DNA from: Octopus sinensis
Taxonomy: Eukaryota
NCBI RefSeq assembly: GCF_006345805.1
Contig: NC_043009.1
Location: 19,592,001-19,656,000, forward strand
DNA length: 64,000 nucleotides
Direction of reading: 5' to 3'
The position numbers were made by a program, and so were the translations under genes. The stretch's first letter is position 1, and every line of letters starts with the position of its first letter. The notes below the pieces were generated by a model that saw only the letters and a list, made by a program, of their open reading frames with translations, was not told where the DNA came from and searched no databases. Shown in pieces: positions 11,270-21,392 of this stretch.

Positions 11270-11590
11270 GCACGTTCAAGCACATGGTTCCTGTTTCAAT
11301 CCCACTGCGTTACCTTCGGTCATCCCAAACGTTGTGAGTGGATTTGGCAGACGAAAATTGAAAGAAGCCCGTTATGTGTGTGAGTGGGCGCGCGCGTGCG
11401 TACGTGCGTGTGTGGATGTTTTAGTGTTTGTCCTTCACTTGACAACTGGTGTGGGTTTGTTTACGTCCCCTTGGCGGTTTGGCAAAAGGTACAAGCAGGA
11501 TAAGCTCCAGGTTTAAAAAATAAGTTCTAGCATCGATTCGTTCGAGGCGGTACCTCAGCATGGCCGCAGTCAATGAGTGAAATAAAAAAG
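11270..11590 (+). mobile_element. tRNA-derived SINE (abundant family), degenerate
   Basis: cacatggttcctgtttcaatcccactgcgt...gagtggatttggcagacgaaaattgaaagaagcccg...cagcatggccgcagtcaatgagtgaaa. Confidence 0.8.
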
Positions 11591-12419
11591 ACTAAAGCTG
11601 ATTTTATGAGTGAAAGGAAACTGTGGCTGATTATGGCACTCAGCAACCTCCTGAATAAACCTCAATGATACAACAAACTCAATAGTAAATTCAATACCAC
11701 AAATAAATCATTTTCACTGGGACGTTGATTCTGAGTAAATTCGTGATTCTTTTAAGCGTTTCGGTTTGGCCTCATTCAACCATTTCTTCGATAGATAAAG
11801 GTATACTTTCAATTTCACAAAAAAAAAAAAAAGATAGTTTCAGTTTTTGAACGACTTTTAACGGTTTGTGATTTTCTTTCACTTATAAAAACAGGATCAC
11901 ATGCGGTCGTGTTGGGTAGGGAATACAATCGCACGCGGTCCCATTCTTAATGAGTTATTACAAGCCATAAATACATGCAGTAACAATAGAACATAGTGGA
12001 TTGACAACAAGTCTTCTGTTTGAGAGATAATTATTACTTTATTTACAACCGTGTTGATGTTGGGAGTTTGTAAACGTTAGCACGTACGTGCGCATGCAAC
12101 ACGTGTTTGTGTCTGTGTGTTCGTGTGTGTGACAGAACAATCAGGGTGAATGCGGTTAACATAGAAAAGTACCTGATGGTGGAGGCGGCGAAGATAGTAG
12201 GCTTTCTATGTTGAGTGTACATTAACGTCGTAGCTAGTTGTAGCAGGAACAATCGTATATCATTTGGTTGAGCAGCGCTGTCTCTGAAGCCAGTTCTTAC
12301 AAGAACTAAAACTAAAGACAGGTAATTGATTTACTGTTTATGAGGTACACGAAATGTTAGAGTTCAATATCAAGATGTTGTGTCTCGGAGCTGAGATTAG
12401 TTGAATCACTTGTGTTTAT

Positions 12420-12800
12420 CTTTCTCTTGATATGGATATTCTTTCAGATATATTTACTGTAGCCGTTTTCCCGTGGTGAGATTTTCACCTAACCGCTTGA
12501 GTTGAATCTGTAGTTATCTTGTGTACAAGTTAAATCTTCATAGATAGAGACGATGTTGGCGATGACGTCGTGTCTGTCGCTTGGTTTTTGCAGCGTCTTC
12601 ATTATATGTTCTGCTTGGTTATTTTTCTCTTGATATAGATATTCTGCAACTGTTTTTCCGTGGTGAGATTTTCACACTAACAGTATGAGTTGAATCTGTA
12701 GCTATCTTATGTACAAGCTAAATCTTCGTAGGTAGAGACGATGTTGGCGATGCCGTTATGTCTGGTTTCTATAGCGTCTTCATATTATGTTTTGCTTGGT
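12420..12800. repeat. Tandem duplication of a ~200-bp unit
   Basis: ttctcttgatat..gttttyccgtggtgagattttcac..gagttgaatctgtag.tatctt.tgtacaag.taaatcttc..agagacgatgttggcgatg occurs twice. Confidence 0.8.
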
Positions 12801-12899
12801 GGTCGCCTGCCTTTCGGACTGGAACATGGTTGAGTATGCTCTGTGTGGTCAGAGGTTTAGTCCTCACAAGGACTAGAACCAAAGACGAAAGGTGTCTGA

Positions 12900-13040
12900 A
12901 AACACTCCTTTATATACCGTTTGGGTGGCTCAAACGAACTTCAGAAATGGAATCTTAACCAAAGGCCGTGATTGGCTGTTTCGGGACAGTGGCGCGAAAA
13001 TAAGTGGAGACAAATCGCGTCACGTGTCAACCAATCAGGT
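12900..13040 (-). promoter_or_regulatory. Pol II promoter-like motif cluster (TATA, two CCAAT boxes, E-box)
   Basis: Minus TATATAAAGG (12916-12907), CCAAT on minus (12975-12971), GTCACGTG (13019-13026), CCAAT on plus (13031-13035). Confidence 0.4.
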
Positions 13041-13221
13041 TAATGGTTACAACAACGTTAAACTAGCCAAAGATGTTTGTAATCTCAAACGAGATCATTC
13101 TTAATACTTTTCTCAAACAGTGAAGATAGCAATGAAGAAAACAATATTGCTACACACTCATTCGTGTAATTTCATTTCCCGTTCTTCTCTGCCATTATAT
13201 ATTCATAAAACGAAAGATTAC

Positions 13222-13918
13222 GGATCTTTTCCTTTTGAAGGCCAGATTTCAACACAATTTCTAGTTAACTAAACACTTTTAAACTTCGTATACTGGTAGA
13301 ATGTGTTTATAAAACATCATCATGGATGGATTTTTTCTTGGCTTTATTGAGAAAATTCTATATGTTGTAAGATATTTCGTCTGAAAATCCGAGCATTTCG
13401 GCAATTTTAACCAATCGATTACCTCCATTTAGGTAAACAACATTTGCTGCGTCTAAAACTGAGACAACATCCTGTAACTAACCCTAATTTTTTTTCTTAA
13501 TTGTTAAATTAATTTAATTGTTACGCGTGTAAAATCCCCCGAAAGCAATGGAAAGTGATTTAAACAATTAACAATCAAAATAATTCTATAATTTTATACA
13601 CACGCTTTCCGTGTTTTTTTTTACACGCGTAACAATTAAATTAATTTAACCGTTAAGAAAAAAAAATTAGGGTTAGGGTTAGTTACAGGATGTTGTCTCA
13701 GTTTTAGACGCAGCAAATGATTTTAGCTCAAAAGAGAGCATAGGATTGGTTAAAATACGAAAAATTTAACTACGTTAAACAAACAAATTACAATTTTCTC
13801 AAGAAAGCCAAGAGAAAAAAATGTTTTATTTTGACACATTCTACCAGTATACGAAGTTTTAAAGTGTTTAGTTAACTAGAAATTGTGTTGAAATCTGGCC
13901 TTCAAAAGGAAAAGATCC
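13222..13918. mobile_element. Complete foldback MITE, Merlin-like (copy 2), with 8-bp TSD AAGATTAC
   Basis: TIRs GGATCTTTTCCTTTTGAAGGCCAGATTTCAACAC.../...GTGTTGAAATCTGGCCTTCAAAAGGAAAAGATCC. aagattac at 13214-13221 and 13919-13926. GG termini plus an 8-bp TSD fit Merlin/IS1016. Confidence 0.85.
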
Positions 13919-14614
13919 AAGATTACCCCACACTCTGCTTATCGTACCATCGGGGTCAGTCAATAAAGTGCCAGTTAAATTTTTCCTTTATTTGGATCAA
14001 CTTCATTTTGCTGTGAGAAGGGGCTGATCTTGAAGACTATCCAAAGCGCCATTTTCTCCAGAAATGAAAAGGTTATAATGTAAGGTCGACAAATTTTCGT
14101 TAGAAAGCTAATACGTTGTTGTAATACATTGTTGTACCTGGAACCGTCCAAGGACACACGACACCGATTTTTCCAGAAAAGACAGCGAGATATGAAATAT
14201 GAAATATAATTATAAAACTTGCCCTCTTCTGATACTAGAGTTTATATTTCAATGGAATTAATTGTGGACTGATGCGGAGTATAGACGGAAAACTTCTATA
14301 CATTAAGATATTTTAATGTACGGTATTACATCCATCTAAACATTCTGATTTACTCCAGTCTATGTCAAGGGTTTATTTAAGTTATTTCACTTAGATTTTT
14401 TTGTTACTCTCATTATGTGAATCACTACTCATAATACTCATCAGAAACTATTTTTTCTTTATGAACCAATGCATTTTTATTTATCACTGCTTCGCTAATG
14501 AGGTCCAATAAACCTGGAACGTGTCTCTTACTCTCATCATTCCCACCAACAATTAAGATTTTTTTTCAAATTTATTCTTAATTGAAATTATCTTGACTTT
14601 TCTTTGTGAATCAT

Positions 14615-15055
14615 TAACGAATGGCTGCGTGGTAAGAAGCTTACTTCCCAACCACATGGTTTGGAGTTTAGTTCCACTGCGTGGCACCTTGGACGAGTGT
14701 CTTCTACTATAGCTTCGGGCCGACCAAAGAATTGTGAATGGATTTGGTGGAAAGAAACTGAAAGAAGCCCATCGTATATATGATATATATATATATATAT
14801 ATATATATAGATATATAGATATATAACATGTATGTATGTATGTATTTGTGTGTCTGTGTTTGTCCCGCCATATCGCTTGACAACCGATCTTGGTGTGTTT
14901 ACGCCCCCATAACTTAGCGTATCGGCAAAAGTGACTGATATAATAAGTACTAGGTTTACAAAGAATGAGTCCTGGGGGTCGATTTCTTCGATTAAAGGCA
15001 GTGCTCCAGCATGGCCACAGTGAAATGTTTGAAACAAGTAAAAGAATAAAAGAAC
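14615..15055 (+). mobile_element. tRNA-derived SINE, near full length, with internal (TA)n
   Basis: tggctgcgtggtaagaagc..ccaaccacatggtttggagtttagttccactgcgtggcaccttgg...aaggcagtgctccagcatggccacagtg..gaaacaagtaaaagaataaaag. Confidence 0.85.
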
Positions 15056-15224
15056 GAGTCTAGATTTTTGTTTCTCCAATTAAAAGGAAAATTTCCGTTG
15101 CTTAACATTCTATGCAGCCGTTCTTTATTTCAGTCCACGCCATTCGACCGAGATAAAGTCTAATCATAAAAGCCATTCTCAGTGAAATGATCTTAATCTT
15201 GAGATGAATCTTAGTGAAGATGGT

Positions 15225-15380
15225 AAAATGGTTAGCAGCATTTCGCCCGTCTCTACTTTATGAGTTCAAATTCCACCGAGGACGACTTTTATCTTTCGAT
15301 GTCGATAGAATAAGTACCAGTTGAGTATTGGGGTCAATCTAATCGCTTTATCCCCGGAGTTGCTGGCCTTGTGACAAAAC
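15225..15380 (+). mobile_element. tRNA-derived SINE (second family; gtcgactttgcctttcatcc core)
   Basis: gagttcaaattccaccgaggacgacttt..gtcgatagaataagtaccagttgagtattggggtcaatctaatcg, homologous to 27405-27605. Confidence 0.7.
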
Positions 15381-15388
15381 GTGAAACT

Positions 15389-15616
15389 AATATTAGTCAT
15401 AGTCTTAATATTAGTCTTGATCTTAATGCTAGTCTTAGTCTTAAGGTCAATCTCAGTCTTAATGTTAGTCTCAATGTTAATCTTAGTCTTGGTCTCAATG
15501 TTAGTCATGGTTCTAATGTTAAACTTGGTTTTAATGTTAGTCTTAGTTTCAATGTTAGTCTCGGTCTTAATGTTAGTCTTACTCTTAATGTTAGAGCTGG
15601 TCTTAATACTGGTCTT
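15389..15616. repeat. Degenerate hexamer-based minisatellite (AATGTT/AGTCTT)
   Basis: Repeating aatgttagtctt / ggtctt / agtctc units. It explains the three overlapping low-complexity ORFs here. Confidence 0.85.
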
Positions 15617-16006
15617 AAGTAAGAGGGAGGATGCTTTAGGCCGACGTACATTTGATTGTGTCTGCTTCAGCAGGAATCGGCCTGGGGCTAAACAACAACA
15701 ACAACGTGAACTAAAGGTGTTCTGGATTGGCCAAAAAATCTGGGTCAGTTGATACGAGGGTGGTGCTGTTGGGGGAGATATACTGACATTTAAAAAAAGT
15801 CTGTCTTTGAAGAGAGAGTAATAGAGTAACCGTTACGCACATTACACCCCTCCCCACCGTCAGACGCATCCTTTTTTACTACTTGTTTCTCATGCAGCTG
15901 GGGTCCCTGAGTATCCGCTCAACCCGTTATTCTTTTATCTTATCACACCACTTACTGTTTAAACACCAAATTCCTCCTTTTCTCTTTCACGTTCTGTGTG
16001 TATGTT

Positions 16007-16082
<76 letters not shown>

Positions 16083-16124
16083 TGTATGTATAATATGCCC
16101 ATGCATATATGCACATAAATTATA

Positions 16125-16213
<89 letters not shown>

Positions 16214-16216
16214 TAT

Positions 16217-16425
16217 AAAGTTAATCCAAACATGAAAACACAAAGAGAAAACACAACAACGCGAGGACGTGGAACAAGTATAGTGTTATTGGACGCTCAG
16301 GAAAGGAAAGAAAGAAAGAGGATTTAACGTTACGAGCGGAGCTCTTCGTCAGAAACATAGGAAAAGGAAAGATCCAAGGAAGGGAAGATGGAGGTAAAAT
16401 ATCGCCAACGATACTCACGCGGTCA
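16217..16425 (-). mobile_element. Hammerhead-bearing non-coding repeat, with an inverted partial copy at 16488-16602
   Basis: Minus strand gtttCTGACGAagagctccgctcGTAACGTTaaat (16356-16322). 16217-16320 is mirrored by 16488-16602. Confidence 0.65.
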
Positions 16426-16426
16426 C

Positions 16427-16491
<65 letters not shown>

Positions 16492-16977
16492 CTCCTTCTT
16501 CCCTTCTTTCCTGAGCGTCCAATAATACTTTATTTGTTCCATGTCCTCGCGTTGTTGTGTTTTTTTTTTTTTTTTGTGTTTTCTTGTTTGGATTAACTTT
16601 AACTACATATATATATACATATATATATACATATATATATACATATATATATACATATATATATACATATATATATACATATATATATACATATATATAT
16701 ACATACGTATATACATAGAGGCTGATTTCTCGTATACCAGCAAATGTCATTGCCAGAAAGATTTAATGAAATGAGTCATTGATGAGGCAATGCGAGGCCC
16801 TTTATGACCCTTGGGCCCTCCTAAGATTTGCACATTTTGTTGCATAATGCATAGCTGTGTTGGCTGATAGAAGGGACAGGTGCCACAGTTTGAACTCTTT
16901 CGGCATGCTTTTTTAATCTTTCAACTGAGAGGTACACCTCTTTCCACATGTTGCACATGTGTGTGTGTGTGTGCGTT

Positions 16978-17025
<48 letters not shown>

Positions 17026-17084
17026 GAGAGAGGCAATTATGCAGATGAACAAATTAGATATATTAAATATAATATAATTATATC

Positions 17085-17280
17085 AGTGGACTAGTCGCCA
17101 TGATAGATCGTTAGCCACTACACACATTTTTTTCCTCTCCTGGTTTCTTTTTCTGTGTCCCTTTCTGTAGAAGAGCGTAGGCTCGAAACGTAAAAGACTT
17201 TTTCAATTCCTTAGCGTTATATTAATACATCTGTTTGTTTTGTACACCACCTGTCTTCGTTTTTTTTTTCGTGAACTCCC
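17085..17280 (+). mobile_element. Non-coding repeat with a minimal hammerhead-like core
   Basis: ctttCTGTAGAagagcgtaggctcGAAACGTAaaag (17161-17196). A homologous copy lies on the minus strand at 34375-34655. Confidence 0.65.
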
Positions 17281-17540
17281 CCTATACACACACACACACA
17301 CACACATATATATGTATATATATATATATCCATACACGGGATTTTTTCAGTGAGCAGGTCACGGTCTCAAAGCTACGAAAATATTTTGGCAAATTAAATT
17401 TAAATGTTGAAGTGAATCTAACGGTTTTGTGTGTTTCTTAAATGGCTTTTTAAGACCTTCCACGCTGCAATTGTTTTTGTTCCAGCACACGATCAGGTCA
17501 CTTGCTATGCAAGTACATCTCCGTAATATATATATATATA

Positions 17541-18080
17541 ACATTTTATAAAGGGCTTAGTAAAATAAATTACTTTGCCACATACTGAACTCATTAGAAA
17601 TAGCAGCCAAAAAAAATTTTTTTAGCCATTTCTAATACTTAAAGAAAATTTCTCTCAGATAGTGTTTACTCAAAATAACCCACGAAGGTATGGGGGTAAA
17701 AACATTAAAAAATCACAAGTGCAAAGATTATTTGAGAACGTACGTTTCTAGATCAGCCAAATACAATTCGACATTTCTTTCGTCAGCTCAAAATTTCTTA
17801 ATTCGGATTTGTAAAATCCGAATTAAGAAATTTTGAGCTGACGAAAGAAATGTCGAATTGTATTTGGCTGATCTAGAAACGTACGTTCTCAAATAATCTT
17901 TGCACTTGTGATTTTTTAATGTTTTTACCCCATACCTTCGTGGGTTATTTTGAGTAAACACTATCTGAGAGAAATTTTCTTTAAGTATTAGAAATGGCTA
18001 AAAAAATTTTTTTGGCTGCTATTTCTAATGAGTTCAGTATGTGGCAAAGTAATTATTTTACTAAGCCCTTTATAAAATGT
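17541..18080. repeat. Near-perfect palindrome (~270-bp arms, 3-nt spacer at 17811-17813) of a hammerhead-bearing repeat; the right arm continues to ~18178
   Basis: ...cttaattcggattt gta aaatccgaattaag... with mirrored arms. Each arm contains the ribozyme motif. Confidence 0.9.
17832..17893 (+). ncRNA. Type I hammerhead ribozyme (mirrored at 17731-17792 on the minus strand)
   Basis: Helix I tttgag/ctcaaa (6 bp), core CTGACGA...GAAA, helix II closed by aga/tct, palindromic helix III ACGTACGT, cleavage triplet GTT. Confidence 0.8.
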
Positions 18081-18182
18081 AATATTTTGAATTCGCCTTA
18101 AATGGTCCCTTTACATACTGAATACTTGGTGAAATTGATTAATAATTAATTAATTTTACCCTCAATTGTTGAAATTATATAT

Positions 18183-18401
<219 letters not shown>

Positions 18402-18559
18402 AAATATATATATCTTTTAATGGTTAACATTCTTAATATAGTAAATCACAATTACAGCAAAAATTATAGGGAAGATCATCGTTAATGATTTTCTTCAAAC
18501 CGAAATATGTCTCAAAACGTTGTTCCAGGAAGTTCCATCCTCGTTATTTTGCAGATCAT

Positions 18560-18900
18560 CAAATTCGTTGTGTAATCTTCGTCCTTTCTTCGTCGGTGTG
18601 GAAGTCTTCATAATATAACATCTGATATGGTCTGGTGTTCATCATGATAGCAGTGGCCAGTAGAGTCTGCTCTGCGCTGAGTAATCACGATAGTGGTGAG
18701 TGGAATGCGTCCACAAATCTCTTTTGTCTTGTATTCACTCCTCCAGATATTTTGAGGCCTCGCAAGATGCTTGCTATATGTATCATCATGGCAATCTTGC
18801 AGCTTAATCTTCGTAGTCCAGATCTCAGCTCCACAGAGAAGAATTCTCTCTACACATGCTATGAAGAAGACCAAAGACCAGACTTGTTGGCTTTGAAATG
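18560..18900 (-). mobile_element. RTE-like LINE 3' fragment
   Basis: ORF 18608-18874: VERILLCGAEIWT...DDTYS..LARPQNIW...ITQRR..GHCY...SDVIL resembles the post-RT region of RTE-type ORF2. Confidence 0.7.
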
Positions 18901-19160
18901 CCAGACGTTAATGATAATTCTTTTTTAATCGTAAGGGAGGCAACTCAGAAAGGACTAAAAATCACATGCTGAGGCGAATAAGTTAAAGATTTATTTTGAG
19001 TTACCCCAGGTATATTAATAATTCATTATTCAGATTTTATGATAATCGATGTTTGTTTTCTTGTTTTTCTGCAAGTCTCTTTCTGGTATTCTAACGGCAT
19101 GAATTATTAAAGCTAAGATGTCTATTTGTTGGATATCGACAAATTACAATCAACAATAAA

Positions 19161-19199
<39 letters not shown>

Positions 19200-19310
19200 T
19201 GGTATCGACCAAACTATCGGATGTTACTATACATCGCTGGTCACAATGCGCTTCGCATCATTTTAGTTCTTAAATAATGTCTGTCCGCTGGCTTGGCAAG
19301 CAAGCCACCA
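19200..19310 (-). mobile_element. SINE 3' fragment (related to 26440-26520)
   Basis: gacca.actatcggatgtt..tacatcgctggtcacaatgcgcttcgcat is shared with 26445-26500. Confidence 0.55.
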
Positions 19311-19369
19311 TTAATATAGACAAATTCACAATTGGAACTTGAGAAAAGTCTTGCATGTTTTTACTGTTC

Positions 19370-21215
19370 CACTCACGGATTACACTTATAATGTATGGAT
19401 TAACCGGTGGATTCCTCTTTCTGAAAATCTCAGTTTATCCAGATTCTCCTTTAAGCATTTACTAACAAAACCCAGTGCTCCAATTATTATTGGTATGAAT
19501 ATGAATTCGTAGTCTCGATATAGAAGCTGGAGGTTTCGAAGCAGTTGTCCATAGACATCCTCTTTTACGTTGATTTTCAAAGAGATATTTATATCTACAA
19601 GGCAGCTGACCTCTATGATGGCACATACCTTTGGCCCTCTGTCTCAAACAACAATATCCGGCTTGTTATGTTTACATTTGACAGAAGCTTTGATGGGAAT
19701 ATTCCGCCAGTGTTCCTTGAGTTGGTGTTTATGAATGTATTCCATAACAGAGGGATTTTCTAAGTTTATTTCAGGACAGTTTCTTTTTGCGTATGGAATT
19801 GTAAATTGTTTTAGCAACAATATTGTGCCGCATAGGGAGGTAGCACCATGACGACATTTTAGGACAGCTGCTAATCACATGCGTAATGTCTTCCACAGGA
19901 ACATGACATAGCCTACACATACAGTTGTACCTTGGGATTATAAGAGCATCACTGTCTCTCTTGTTCACCAGGTACTTTGTGGCAATCTTCTGTTCCTGGA
20001 TTGCAAATGAATAGCCTTCAAAGTGTGATGTAGTAGTCTTGTGTCCAAGAGAGGCTGCACTTTGTGTCAATTCTACTGTCTTCTTCAAGCTTTCGGGCAA
20101 CATACCCATGCATGGTCTTCTTTTTGTATGTTGAGTGCTTTCACTCCAGGTCTTCTCTGAGGTAAGAGAGCCCAGCTGTTTTGGGGCTGCATAGGCGATC
20201 ATCAGGAAGAGAGTGTTTCTTGAGGAATTCACTGCCAAATCGTACAATGTTGCTCACTTCACTTTTCAGCACTGAAACTATATATTTATTTTTGCTGCTG
20301 TTGTTCAGCAAGTGCCGCCTGAGTGAGACCATACGGCATTCGAAGGCCGTTTGCACTGATCTCAGGCCTCTGCCACCTCCATTTCTTCTTCGATAGAGCC
20401 TGTCAACATCACTGTTTCTGTGGAAGTTCCCAGTTGTTGTCAAGATTTTGTAGTTATCTATGGAGTGGATTTCTTCTACAGACCAATCAAGTATCCCAAA
20501 TGTCGGGATCAGCACTGGTACTGCAAATGCATTGCGAGATATTGTTTTGTTGTAAGAGGAGAGTTCCGACTGCCATATTTTCCTAAGTCTGGTGTGACAT
20601 TCTCGGGTCACTCTATCTTTATTCACAGTGCCTTCATATGATACATTTTCGTCTATGCCTAGGCACTTGTAATATTCTTTGTGTGGAATGGGGGAGATAG
20701 AGAGACCGTTGATGCACAGGTTTTGGGTTTGAGGGACTGACTTTCCTCATTCTATAACCAAATATGAACATTTCTTTTGGCCAAATTCCATGCCTATATC
20801 AGCTGAAAATGTTGTTATTAATTTCAGTTGCTTTTTGGCATTGTTAACACTTTTAGCAGTAATCTTCAAGTCGTCTACAAAGAAATTATGAGTTGCATTG
20901 ATATTTCTAGCAGTTGAAGATCCTAGCATGTAACCATTTGTTTTCTGCAGTAGGAACGATAATGGATTCAGTGTCAAAATGAAAAGAATTACAAAATGAC
21001 TTTCTCCCTTTGAAATGCCTATTCTATCAGAAACAATTATTCTGTTCTCGGTTGTGAGGGTAAGAATTGTTGTCCATCTCTTTGTGAGTCTCTCTATAGC
21101 AGCAATTAAGGTAGTAGGTACTTTTGCCAGATTTAGGCACTTCAACAGCCATGAATGAGAGATAGAGTCGAATGCCTTCCTATAGTCAAGTCATACAGTC
21201 ACAAGGTTTCTACGT
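19370..21215 (-). mobile_element. Degenerate R4/Dong-type RLE LINE (RT, CCHC finger and endonuclease)
   Basis: Minus-strand motifs LDYRKAFDS, LNPLS..GY...NFFVDDLK, RLY..R..GGRGL, CRLCHVPVEDITHVISSC and IPIIIGALG, interrupted by stops and frameshifts. Confidence 0.9.
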
Positions 21216-21392
21216 TGTTTTCTTACAGCTGTATGTATGTATGTATGTATGTATGTATGTATGTATGTATGTATGTCATTATTCAATTTTATTTCAAGAT
21301 TTCTTGCCATCAGAGAAAGAGCCGGTTTCTAACCTAGATCCAAGGCTTCTTCAATATCAACAACAGGATATGTATGTATGTATGTATGTATG

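Noticed and set aside
14488-14525. Possible hammerhead CTAATGAggt..acctGGAACGTG
   Set aside because: Two core mismatches, no valid cleavage triplet and no helix I; at best a relic.
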